Under the pieces are notes generated by a model. That model ran no database searches, was not told where the DNA came from, and saw only the letters and a list, made by a program, of their open reading frames with translations. A stretch of 64,000 nt of DNA from Vicugna vicugna (Eukaryota): the NCBI GenBank assembly GCA_013265495.1, contig MU061578.1, positions 1,063,308-1,127,307 of the forward strand, read 5' to 3'. This document shows positions 35,384 to 47,585 of the stretch, in pieces. Each line of letters starts with the position of its first letter. Position 1 is the first letter of the stretch. The translations under genes were made by a program, and so were the position numbers.

Positions 35384-38300
35384 GAACAGGTAACATACTT
35401 GTCTTTTGTCTTTAACCAGAATCTTTCACACGCATTATGTGTATCAGCTGGAGATTAAAAAATAAAGCGTTAGTGTTTCCATCTCCTCATCTTCAAAATA
35501 TGAAAGATTTAAATGAATTAATACAAGTAAAGTAACTGCATCAGCATCTGATATATAGTATTCCATAAATGGTTCATTATTATTATTATTAAATCTTATA
35601 GTTTCAACAAGTAGGGAGAGTTTGGAGTTCCATGACAATTAAAATATTAGTCAACATTGAGAAATTTCCTCTTCTGGCACACTGAGCTATACGGAGTCAG
35701 TTCAAGTTGTAGTTTCAAGAAGTCAGATGAATATAAATGACATTTATTTTCTTCCTACAAACCGCATGTCCCATTTTCGTTCCTAAATAAGTTATTGCTG
35801 ATACAAAGGAACACACATAAAACCGCAGCAGATTCTAACAAGCTAACCGCCGATATCAAGGGTCCAGAATAGTAAAATAATACTCGAATTGAAGAAAGAT
35901 GTATTGTCACAGCCTCCAAGTGGGTAACAGCGCCTCGAAACATCCCAATGTTTTCTGATTTCATCTTATTCTTTTCACACGCACAAAATGAGCGCGACAG
36001 GCCACTTTTTGGAGGCTTTAGCCAGCTGGCTCTATCTTTTCCTGCAAACATCCCAGCATCTGAAGAAAGTCCCTGTGTAAGAGGAGAAGGAGCCCCATGA
36101 AAGTGTAGAACAGTGGGTTTTAAGAATGATGAGAAAGAGAAAGGATACTGGAAGGAAATGCATGTGCATCTTGTTCAGAGATTTCAAATTTCGAAGACAT
36201 AGACGGTGGGGAGAAGACAGAATTGGGGTTTCCTAATGACGTATGCTTGGGCCAAGGTGTGAAGGATGCTGAGGATTTATCTAGGGAAGAGCCAGGTAAG
36301 TGTTCTGGACAGAGGAAACAGCCCATGTGGAGGCGAGGAGCAGGCTCTGTTTCAAGAACTTACAGAAGGGTCACTGGCTCTGGCGCAGAGAACAGAATTT
36401 ACTTTCCAAAGTCACACATATGGAAAGAGGCAGAATTGGGATACTAAGCCAGTTAGTCCAACTCTGTAGCCTGAATTATTTGCTTTCTTTTTTTAACATT
36501 GCTCATTCCATTCTGCTTTAGGCTAATGAGACATGTAGATAGAAAACAAATATGCAAATGAGTTACAATCTGTGCAGCGTTTAGAGTGGTGCCTGGTCCA
36601 CAGACCGAGCTACACAAAGATCCGTTTATACTATTATTATTAATTATCACTGTTTTATGCAAAACACTTGAGGAAGGGCATGGCCCAGGACTACCCTGCA
36701 CTCTCTGCTGGCCCATCCAAATGCTCCGTGGACCCGGAGGGAGAGAGGGCAGAGGGGCTCACGGTCCCAGCTGGACCAGGAGACCAGTGTGCGGTCTTCT
36801 GGATGACAAGGCCAGAACCCAGATGCCAGATAGGGGAAGTTATTTTCTGTGATGGCATCTGGCATGCTGGCCTGTCCCACTGACATTTGTGTTGGCTGCT
36901 GTGTTGCTGTCCCTGGAAGGTTTGGGAAGCAGCTGGCTGCCCTCAAACCCCGCACTGCTCTCCCCCTCTCCTGAGTCTGGCTGATGGGTGAAGTGATCAC
37001 TTCTACTAGTGAAAGAAGGGCTCTCCTCTTCCCAAGCCAGCTGATCCCAGATCCACCCGGTATCTGGACCACAGCACAGAGGCTGTCTGCTCGGGCACGG
37101 TGATGTTGCTAGAACTCTTGCCAGCAACAGGCATACCAGAAAAAGAAGACTAGATTTTCACCACCACGCACACCCCGTGTGTGCTTTGGATGAACCTGCC
37201 CATTTGCTGAGAAACAGATATGTTCACAAATTCAGGTACAGATGCTTCCTCGGTGCTGACTGCATTTTCAATGACGGCTGAATAATTCGGGGCACTGAAC
37301 AGCATTACATGCTTGCCGTGGCCGAGGATTTAAAAAATGGAAGTTCGCTGTATCAGTTCTAAAAAACAATGACCGAGAGCCACATGGAGTATCAGCCCTG
37401 GGGACGCTGGCTGCAATAAGGTGCCTTACAAAGGGAAAGCGAGTCCTAGTTTCGAGATCTCAGTTCACATGATAGTAATTACGAAAACAAATGTGCAAAA
37501 TATCAAAAGTAGGATCCTAAGGGCAATGGGATGGATGCACCTGGGAGCTACGGAGCAGAATGGCATTCTGCCAGATTTTACAGCAGCTGAGCGAAGGGCT
37601 GGTGACTGTGTGCTGCACAATCTCAGAACCACCCCAAGGAGGGGATGGACTCCAGATAAAACGGGTAGGCGAGAACTGCTATACCTTCTGCATGTGAGAC
37701 AGACTTCTCTCCCTAAATTGAGTTAAAGCAATATGGTGTTCAGCAGATCCCACCAACCCTGGTTCACCCTGAATATGGGCAGGGTGGGTAGGATCTGGGT
37801 TTCCCCTTAGACTTCCAAAGGGCAACACTTGACTATCTGCTTTGATTTTTGAGTTACTAAATGTGAGAAGATTAATGTTTAGTAGGAGCACTGTTTGGGT
37901 CCCCAGTGTAAAATGCAAACAAGAGATGCTTCAATGTCTGAGATGTTGAGGTGCTGTGCTAAATCCAGGTAGGCTAGCGCCAGGATCTTTGCACCTGGAG
38001 AGCTTCTTCAAACAAGACGCCCACATTCCACCCACATATCTCCAGTCGCTCATCAGCTGCAGTGCCATTCAGAAAACATACCTTTCCCAATGAATACTGA
38101 AATTGCAATGAGACAGTGATCAATATTCACACAGACCCGGGCTGCCTCAGTGATTCATAGCCTTCAACTGTAAAAACTGGAATGATGATAAGACAGCACT
38201 GTTTTTAGTGCAGGCTGACACAGGATATTACTTAGCTTTAAACTTTTTTTTTTTTTTACAAAATTGAGCTAGTATTAATAAATAAATTGCCAGGAAGGAA

Positions 38301-38589
38301 AAATGGGAGGACTTCTCTCCATCCCTCAAAAGGATAGTCAATGCCACACGAGAGGGCAGTGTCATATATATTTCAAAAAGATTTGTTCATCCCTACACAT
38401 GGCTGAATATTAACTCTAAGAATGAAAGGCAGCGTCCCTCCTTCCATTATACATGCTTCCATCCTTTGTATACCCGTGATAAAGATGTGAGGGTGCAAAT
38501 TAGTAACTTCTGCTCATTAGCTTACGTCTACATTTGAGAATAAAGATCCCTCAACCGAATGGTTTGTTACTGTATCTCTCTTTCTGCTC

Positions 38590-38705
38590 TTTTTTTAATT
38601 CTTCATTTTTGGGGGGAGGTAATTATATATATATATATTGTATATATATACCCAAGACCTTGTGCATGCTGAGCACACACTCTACCACTGAGCCATACCC
38701 TCCCC
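38590..38705 (-). mobile_element. Camelid Vic-1-type SINE, long-tail form, centre replaced by (TA)n
   Basis: Reverse GGGGAGGGTATGGCTCAGTGGTAGAG...CAAGGTCTTGGG, then (TA)n, then TAATTACCTCCCCCC; no clear TSD. Confidence 0.85.
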
Positions 38706-38799
38706 ATTTTCTCTCTCTCCATTCTTTCAGCTCTGTCAGCCACACATTCTTCCCTCTGCCTCTTGGATGCACCCCCTGCTCTAAGGCAAGAGCCAGAAG

Positions 38800-38990
38800 T
38801 CCCACTGGAGATGGTCAGGCTGTTTCACCCACTTTGCCCATCTTGAACAAGTTGCTGACTTTCTGCATGACCCATCTATTAAATGTGAAATGAAAATGTG
38901 CATCCCAGAACTGTCTTCTTCTAAGGAATGCCAACATTTTAAAGCACTTTGAAAATATATGATGCCAAATGAATGTTTATTATTAGTGTG
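38800..38990 (+). mobile_element. MIR
   Basis: tcttgaacaagttgctgactttct...ccatctattaaatgtg...aaagcactttgaaaat. Confidence 0.55.
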
Positions 38991-40549
38991 GTGTGTAGAT
39001 GTGTAGATTTATATGCCTCTTAAAGAATCTTGGCTGCTTTACACTCTTCTTGCCAGTGAAGCATGTCTTGCAAAGAAGAATTCCACCATGACACTTTGAC
39101 TCGCCTAGCAAAAACTCATTAGACATTCCCTTTTTCGGACTGCTGCGGGAGAAATAAATTTCTTGGATTCAAGCTATCGCTATAAAAGTAAGTCTACAAT
39201 AGGTCTCTGAAAACGGAATTGGGAGATGTTCGTGAATAATTCTCATGGGATATATAAAATTTCTCTCTATTAAATGCTAAAAAACATCCATGTACCAAAA
39301 TGGAGTGCCTTGCTGTTCTTTTTTTTTTTTTGGAAATTGAAAATGACTTTGAATGTAGTCTATTATCGGCTTCTGATTTCTCCATTCAGGACAAGGTGTT
39401 TGGAAGGATTTGGTGAGACAGCAAGTTTGCTCTTTTCTTTCTTCATTTCTTTCTTCCTTTCTTCTTCTTATTTTTTGATCATTTGCATCTAGAAAACTTC
39501 ATTTTTAAGTGTTGACTATGACCCAGAACGTGGTGTGTACATTCTAGGCTGAGAACAAAAGCTTGGGGCTGCCCCCTTCTTTTGTGGAGAGGGGGCTTAG
39601 TCACAGACGACATTGTGCTCTCTTATCTTTCATTATCCAACCATAGTTGGATTTCTCACCTTGTGGCCTGGCTGGCAAATGGATGGAACCAAAACCGATT
39701 GGATCTCCTGTCCTAGCTCACTCTGACACCTCTGTGTTCTATGCAACACACACTTGCTGGAAGCTAAACCACTGAGTAGCTAGTTCTTGTTCTTTTTTTT
39801 TTTTTTAACTCCAGAAGGATTACCCTTTATTTGGCCTAGGAATGCTTGCCTTCAGCCTATGAAGACTTGCAGTCCCTTTTCAGGGTGTCTCAACTTGATT
39901 ACCATGACCCACGTATCTGATGGGGGGTCTTGGGCAAAAAAGCATCCTTTTGTAAAGAGAGCTGACTGCAAGGAAATAGAATAAGCATTCTCATGGAATA
40001 ATTTTCACACTGCCCCTCTCTTTTCATGATTCTATGACTCCTTGGGGTGGTCTCCGTTCTGTTGAAAATGAAAAGTATCAAAATAGAATTAAGCCCGTTC
40101 ACGTCCATTCTCTTAGGACCAGCAAATCCAGTCAAGATGGAATGTGTCCATTGGTGAAACAGTCAGAATAGCTCCCACTGAGCAATGATTGACTTTTGGG
40201 CTAAGCTCAGCAGAAATGAAGCTTGTGGTCAATCAGCTTTTCCCTTAATAGGATTGTGTTTGGCAAAATAAACTAGAAAAAGAAGTTGAAGGGGACACTG
40301 TCATGTAAGTAATGAATTCCCAGATGTTGTCATGTTTCCCTGAGACACACATCATGGATAAAAAGAAGGGTTCAAGTCCACAAGGCATTCACCTTGTGCT
40401 AAAGTCACAGTCTTTGTTGAAAAGGCAGAGGATAGAGAAAGAATGGGACATGTGGTAGGAAAAGTATATGTGTATCTCTTTCATCATTCCATTAACGTGG
40501 ACTTTAGAACAGGCTTTGTCACATTTTCAGGACTATAATGATAATAATT

Positions 40550-41180
40550 TCCACACATGGGTCTCACTGAATAAGCACTTACAGGAGAGCTTACTGTATA
40601 TCAAGCAGAGTGTTAGCATTGCTGCATTGACAAAGAAGAGGGACAAAGAGCAAAAAACAAGTCATTTAAAAAAATTACAAATAGTATAATAAGGGTTTTG
40701 AAGTAACTGAACAGGGTGACAGGGAAAAGAAAAAAAAAGAAGTTGTGGAGTCACTAGTATGGAAAGGGTGCTTAGAGAAGGTCTTTGAAGACGTGACTTT
40801 TCAGCTGGGATGGAGCCAGCTTGGGATGAGTTGAGTCAGTGCCAATGGGATCAGAATGAGAGGGAAAAAAAAGGGGATGGATTTAGTGAGGTTGGCAGTA
40901 GCCAGACTTTGAGGGTTTTATATGAAGGTGGTTGGGATTAATAATGAATTTTAAGTGCAGTGGGGATTTCGGCTGGGGAGGGACACTCTCCTATGTGCAT
41001 TCTGAGATGGGCTCCCTGGCTGCTGTGAGAAGAATCAAGTGGAACCCAAGAGAACTGAAGTAGGGGATGCAGCCCTTTGCAGCTGCCCAGGAAAGGGTGA
41101 CAGCAGCCCTGGCGGGTGTGGAGATGAAAAGAGCAATAATTACTGAGAAATCCAGGGGGTGTGGGTTTGACAGAGTTTCC
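40550..41180 (-). mobile_element. L2 3' region
   Basis: taagcacttacaggagagcttactgtatatcaagcag...cttagagaaggtctttgaagacgtgactttt...gctccctggctgctgtgagaagaat. Confidence 0.65.
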
Positions 41181-41266
41181 TAAACAACATGCGGCAGGTA
41201 AGTTCTTTACATGCATGATCTCAATCTTCAAGGTAACTCTGTTGAGCAGGAATTATTTGAGTGCCA

Positions 41267-41304
<38 letters not shown>

Positions 41305-41347
41305 GTGTGTGTTGGGGTGGGGGTGAGGGTGAGGGTGAGGGTGAGGG
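41267..41347. repeat. Compound microsatellite (GTGTAT)n-(GGGTGA)n
   Basis: Direct reading. Confidence 0.95.
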
Positions 41348-41530
41348 TTGTGTGTTCATCATTTATTGAGCCACTAGCCATTGTCAGGACCCATTAGCTT
41401 GTTTGAACCTCACTATCACCCAAAGATGTAAACATCTCTCACCCTTTATGCCAAAGGATCATGTAGCTCATGTGAGCTACATATCTCATCTGGGACTGCA
41501 CCCTAGGTCTCCTTGCTTAAAAAAAAATTA

Positions 41531-42033
41531 ACTATTTTAACATGAATGATTCAGTGGCATTTGGTACATTCACAATGTTGCGCAACCACCACTTCTGTCT
41601 ACTTCCAAAATATTTCACTATCCCAAATGAAAACCCCTTACCCATCAAACAATTATCTGAATTATCACCATTGCCATTGGCAACCACCAATCTGCTTTCT
41701 ATTTCTCTGTATTTATCTCGACTGAATATTTCATAGAAGTGGAATCATACAACGTGTGACCTTTTGTGTCTGGCTTCTTTTGCTCAGCATCATGTTTCTG
41801 AAGTTCATCCACGTTGTAGCATGTCAGTGCTTCATTCCTTTGTGATGACTGAATAATATTCCATTGCCTGTACAGACCACAATTTATTTCTCTGTTTATT
41901 CACTGATGGACATCTGGATTGTTTCCACCTCTTGGTTCTTGTGAATCATGCTGCTATGAACATTCATGGGCAAGTATTTATTTGAATTTCTGTTTCCAGT
42001 TCTCTGGCATTGCTGAGTCATATGGTAATTCTA
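41531..42033 (-). mobile_element. L1MB-type (L1MB3-5-like) 3' UTR
   Basis: ttcagtggcatttggtacattcacaatgttgcgcaaccacc...tggaatcatacaacgtgtgaccttttgtgtctggcttctt...gctgctatgaacattc. Confidence 0.9.
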
Positions 42034-44189
42034 TTAATTGTACATCTAACCTTTTCAGGATCCCCTTTTTGCCTTTTAAAAATTTGGCTAGGGTGATGAG
42101 TCGTCTAGGTGAACTGCTTGCTCTTAGAGGCCACGGAATGGAGGGCATAGCTATTTCCCCCGATTATTACTCTTACTAATTCTTTAACACTCTAGGCCAT
42201 TCCTGACTCATTCTGATTGGCTTAAGGATGTGCACCTTAAGCAGGTCAAACCAATACCAGTCTTCCCACCGCTCTTTGCCCAGGTAACAGAAACCAAACA
42301 TGTTCTAACTTCCTGGGTTGTTCTGTTGGCTGGATGGGAGTTCTGAGCTAAAGAGGTTTCTTTGCTGCCACACAGACAAAACTCACATGATTCTGATAAA
42401 CACAGTCTCCTCTGAACAGAAAGGCTCCTGGTGCTCAGAGGGTTTGCTCAGGTTCCAGAGCTGGTAAACATTGATGCTGGTACTCAGAACCAAGTCTTTT
42501 GAATCCCACAGCACCAAAGACCAGTGGCTGGTTGTCTGGTGTATCAGATGGTAGAATTACAGCCAGTAACGTTGCAAAGAACAAACTTGTTTCCCTAAAG
42601 CGAGGAACTGTCAGTTGTCTAGGAATACAATGACCTGCCCTGTGCAGTTGCAAGTCCGTTGGGTATAAACAAACCAATCAAAAAGTGTGGACAAAGTTTT
42701 AAGTCCAGTGAGCAGAAACCCAACAGTGTCAATTCACGCAAGCTGGCTTAAGTGCTCTGAGGTCACTTTTTAACTCCAGGTGGCTCTCTCCTCTGTATTT
42801 AGTGCCTTGACCGATTTTCAGGAACTGAGTTCCAGAATGGACACATCAGAAGCCACCGGGAGAAGCCAACTCCATCACTTGGTCTGAGAAATAAAACCAA
42901 GCCAGCTTCCCTTTGCTACATTGATCGGGGGCTGAACCTGCCACGCAGTGCTGCATTATGGCCTAACGGGTCATCTCTTTCCTTACCATGTTGATCTGGT
43001 GCCCCAAATCTGTGGGTTTGAAAGCCAGGCTTGTAAATCGGTTGACTATTATAGCTGACACGTTGGGCCAGAAATGAGGTGTGCATGCAGAAATACAGAC
43101 ACCTCCCCAAAACACATAGGAGTAACTGTATTTTTTTTTTGCCTTCCTCTCAGATCACACACATCATGAGAGTGGGTACAGTGTTTCTTTTTGCGTATTG
43201 TATCATTCTTTCTCAAGTGTCCCACACAGTGACTAACATATAGCAGATGGTCAGTGAAAACAAACAAACAAAAAAAGTAGAATGATTAAACGAATGGAGA
43301 AGTAAAGAATGGAGAAAAGGGGGCAGTACTTTTAATTTCCCCTCTTCTTTCCTTTTCATTCTAAGACTTTCATGTATCAACATCTGAATAACGGAGTCAT
43401 CTACATAGACAGGAAAACGTAACCAGACCATATTCATGTGCCCTTTATAGGGCAAGTTCCAACATATCATCATCTTTAAGGTTAATGTAAAGAAAGCTTA
43501 ATAGTTTCATTTCATTTTTAAGGAAATTTGGACCACCTCAGGGATTCATCAGTTTAGGGGGGAAAAGTGTGTCTTTGTGAAATACTTTAGTGTCTTGCAG
43601 AAGATTGCAATGAATTATTGGGACATTGCAAAGTTTAAGACGGATGCTTTCTGAAGCATGAAAGAAGTATCTGCAGCTCTTTCTTTTTATGTTTAAATTA
43701 CTTTGCTTCTTACTTGACTACTTTTTCTGACCTTTTAGAGTGCTTCCTTCTTTATATTTCTCCTTGAGCTCCTTAACCGTTTTTTAAAGAATAGTCTAGA
43801 TACATCTCTTAGGAGTTCTTCTTTCTTAGCCTTCTGTTCCCTATCCTTCCAGCTCATCGTCTCCTCACTTGACCCTTCCATATACAGTCTCACAATATTA
43901 CTACACTCTTTGCCCGACTCCATCCATCTTCTTCTTTCTCTCACAATGCAATAGATAATGTGAAGCTGTGGATCTATAAAACACTCACTTCTCATTTTCA
44001 AGTGAACGTGAAGTTACGACCAAGGGGTTCTGCTTTTAATCCATTCCCACTCCAAAAAAAAAAATGAATGTAATAGGAAACTTGGTCAAATCCACTTAAC
44101 CTCTTGCACATCTCACCTTGGGATTAATGTTCTTCGTGTTGTTCTGCATTTAGCTTTGACAGAAAACAGTGAGCCGATAAAGTGCAGAG

Positions 44190-44450
44190 CAAAAAGAAGA
44201 CTGAGACTCCTTGCAGGCCAAGATCTGGATCAAGTCTCCCCTGCTTTATAGCTGTGTGGCTTTGGACAAATTACTTAACATCTCTGGTTTCCACTTTTCC
44301 AATCTGTGAAATTTGGTTGCTATTACCTATCTCAATGAGTCTTTGAGGGACTTAAATTAAATGATAACACCTATTTAGAACTCCCACACACTGGATACTC
44401 ACGTTAAGAGAGCCCTAATGAGGATTAAGGATTTTAATCAGCAAACATTT
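44190..44450 (+). mobile_element. MIR
   Basis: tagctgtgtggctttggacaaattacttaacatctctggtttccacttttccaatctgtgaaat. Confidence 0.8.
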
Positions 44451-44589
44451 ATTGAACTCTTTTGATAATGATGGTGGGAGAAGGAAATGAGAAGGAGCCC
44501 TTGATTTCCCTCCTAATATGTGAATTACAATCACTGTAGTTTTTCCATTTTACCTTGGGGGTGAATATAATCTCCAGCTCTGACCAGTA

Positions 44590-44705
44590 GGAAGTTCATT
44601 CATCCATTTATAAAATATTTATTGGGAAGCTACCATGTCTTCACAATTAACAATGAGCAAAATCAGACACCATGCTTGCTCTCCTGGAGCTCACCCATGC
44701 TCCAT
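44590..44705 (-). mobile_element. L2 3' end
   Basis: ttcattcatccatttataaaatatttattgggaagctaccatgt...atgagcaaaatcagacac...tgctctcctggagctcac. Confidence 0.75.
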
Positions 44706-44715
44706 ACCTACAAGG

Positions 44716-44895
44716 CAGTGGTTCTAAAGCAGGCAAATTTGCCCCCAGGGGACACTGATAAATGCCAGGAGACATGATAGTTGTCCCAACTGTATACTGG
44801 CATCTAACGGGTTGAGCCCAGGGATACTGCTAAACATCCTGCAGTGTTTAGGAAAGCCCCAGCATGAAGAATTGTCTGACTGTGGAGAAACCCTG
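44716..44895 (+). mobile_element. MER20 with recognisable 8-bp TSD
   Basis: cagtggttct...gagaaaccctg; TSD ctacaagg (44708-44715) / ctataagg (44896-44903). Confidence 0.9.
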
Positions 44896-45640
44896 CTATA
44901 AGGGAAGGGATAAGGATGTGAAATAATCCATCATTAAGGCAAGGAGTAAAAACAGCCAAGACAGACTTCATTGCTTTGGGCTCTCCCAGACGCTAAGCTG
45001 CAATTATGAGATTAGAGTTTCCTGCAACGGCTCTAGGAAGGAAAGGATTCCCAGGCTCCTAGGCTAGCGAGGTGGTGCAGCTCAGCCTGGGGGCAGGAGG
45101 GTGGACCAAATGCCCACTGTTAGTGCCCTGCCTTTGCCCTCTGCTGCAATGACTAAGCTGGTTACACTTGGGTGTGCAGCTGGTATCCTTGGCTTTGCAG
45201 TTCAGCCGGTGTTTTCGGACTCCCAAAGCTGTCCCCAGGGAAACCGCTGTGTATGAAGAGCTGCAGAAGTAGCCCTTCAGCAGAGATAGTTAGATAAATA
45301 ATCCTGAATAAAATTGCATATTTTTAAGTGCTTTATTAATACAGTTGGGTAGAGAGCATGCTAAATTCCCACATTGTGGAGATGAAGGTTACAAGAGGGG
45401 GATTATGCAGGGATCTAAATGAAAGGGGGCAGGGCAAGAAAAGAACAAGGCAAAGGTAAATTTCTCCATCGTGTGTGCCTGTGTGTGTGTGTGTGTGTGA
45501 CACACAGGGAGAACAGATACGGAGACACACACGCATGGGTATAGAGCACGTGGTGCATACAGGAACAGTTCAAGGGAATGCACTGACACACTGCAAAGGC
45601 TACCATGCACACAAATGAAAGTGACATGAAACTATTACAC

Positions 45641-45948
45641 CAGGATTTGCAAACTCAAATGCCTGCAGTGCTGAACAGATCCCATAAATGACAAAAACTG
45701 GCCAGGTGGAAACTTTGGGAGGAATCCAGGAAGCATGCATTGCCAGAGGGTACAACCATATCTCAACTCCAGTCATTTGCTAACTTGGCGGGATGGGGAG
45801 GAGCCAGAAATTCATATTATCATATGAAATGTTATTTGCTAAAACACACACATGCATATCATGTGAGCAAAAAATAAAAATAAAAGGACTTATCTGCAAG
45901 TCATCAAGTCCATTGGCTTGTCTATGAACCTCAAGTTTGTCATCTCCT
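45641..45948 (+). mobile_element. MER102-like hAT MITE
   Basis: caggatttgcaaactcaaatgcctgcag...ctcaactccag...caagtttgtcatctcct. Confidence 0.65.
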
Positions 45949-45999
45949 ACTTGCTTCTTATTTTAATGACATAATTTGCTTCCTTATTTATTTGCAGAG

Positions 46000-46190
46000 A
46001 GGAAACATACAAGAGTACGGGCTCTGAAGCAAATCCAGGTAATCCTTCCGATTAGCTGTGACCTTAGACCCATCACTGAATTTCTCTGTGTTGCCTTTTC
46101 TGGTTAGGGAGTTTGAGTCTGGAAGATCTACTTTACAGAGTCGTTGTGAACAGAAAATGGTTTAACTGTGTAAGCACTTAGCAGTGTTCC
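46000..46190 (+). mobile_element. MIR
   Basis: aagagtacgggctctgaagcaaatcc...ttagctgtgaccttag...cagagtcgttgtgaa...taagcacttagcagtg. Confidence 0.65.
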
Positions 46191-46429
46191 AAAATCAGAC
46201 AGAGCCACCCTTTTCCCCTAAGGAGGCATAGCTGAAATAAGTTGTTACAGCAGGCAAGGGGGAAATTCAGAATTTTGTCCTCAGAATGTACATGCAGGCA
46301 GGTGGAGAGTCAATGCAACCTCCCTCTCCCCACACACACTCCTCCACTTCTTTCTACCTGATTCCCTTAACTGAGATCCTAGAGTGGACATTTTCCCCTT
46401 GTATCTGCCAATAATACCTATCTCCTGAT

Positions 46430-46927
46430 AAGAATAACATCTAGCATTCATTTGAAGAAAAACTCCTACAACCCTAGTCTTATATAGTATAGAACTTAAG
46501 TTCATATGGAGTCTTAACACATCCATGGCTCCAAACATGTCTAAGTAGGATATCCTATGCTCCTGATCCAAGTAATTGGTTCAAGGATGGGTATGGAATA
46601 CATGAGAGTTATCTCTGGGATGTTGCCTTGCACTGTTGGGTGCTCTTTTTACGCTGATCTTGCTAAACTAACAGGTTTTCAGTCCAGAATTTCAGGTGAA
46701 CATCTTTCCACCATTTAGGGAGAATGTGTCATAGAACAAAGTCAACACCAAGAAAAGCAAAGCCTAGGGATACAGCAAAGCACATTTGATCACCTTGATC
46801 CAGTCATGCCTGAAATCCACTTGGACATTAAAATTAAGAATTTTAAAAGCACAATACATTCCAACTTTTGACTAAACACAGCTCTATGTGGATTTCTGTC
46901 ACTCATAAAACTAGAGTTTGGAGAACA
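46430..46927 (+). mobile_element. MLT1K/MLT1L-like LTR remnant
   Basis: attggttcaaggatgggtatg...tttgatcaccttgatccagtcatgcctgaaatc...tggatttctgtcactcataaaa. Confidence 0.65.
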
Positions 46928-47420
46928 AAACATCCCTTCACCCAGCTTGGTTACCGTGTAATATAAGGCTCTAGCCCATCATCTCATGCGATTCATGGAA
47001 GGGAGACAATCTGCAAACCTACATCTAGATTCACACTTTCTATCCATTTACCACATGGCCAATAGGCTAAATATATGGACTTGGGGAAAGACCTCAGTTG
47101 GCAATCTAGCTCTTCCATCTACTAGGGACCTTGAGCAAGTCATTTACAGTTTTCTTACCTGTATTAAAAGGACAACACCACCTTCTGCATAGAGACACTG
47201 TAAGGACTAAACAAGGTAATAATAAACTATCTTTGGAACTCTGTCTGGATATCAGACACTGAGTTGAATGATTTTCATGCATCACCTCATTTAATTCCTG
47301 TAACAAATTAAAGAGAAGCACATCACAAGATTGCCTTAGCCTAGTACCTAGCATATAGCAGATGCTCAGTAAAATGGGTTCTGCCATCATTATCAACCTC
47401 CTCGTCATAGAGAGCTAGTG

Positions 47421-47585
47421 CAGTGCTTCTCTAACTCAAAGTGCACTGAAGGATCTGGGGATTGTGATGTTAAAGTTCAGATTCTGAACTTCATGTGTGC
47501 GAGGGGGCCTGGGATTCTGCATTGCTAACCAGTCCCTAAGTGATGTGGATGGTGCTATCATAGGACTGTGCTTTGAACAACAAGG
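47421..47585. mobile_element. MER5A1-like hAT MITE
   Basis: cagtgcttctc...gttaaagttcagattctga...ggggcctgggattctgcattgctaaccag...ctttgaacaacaagg. Confidence 0.8.

Noticed and set aside
8061..38705. All four camelid SINEs on the minus strand
   Set aside because: Four of four on one strand has probability 1/8 by chance.
41314..41347. Interstitial telomeric repeat
   Set aside because: The unit is TGAGGG, with few copies and no TTAGGG array.
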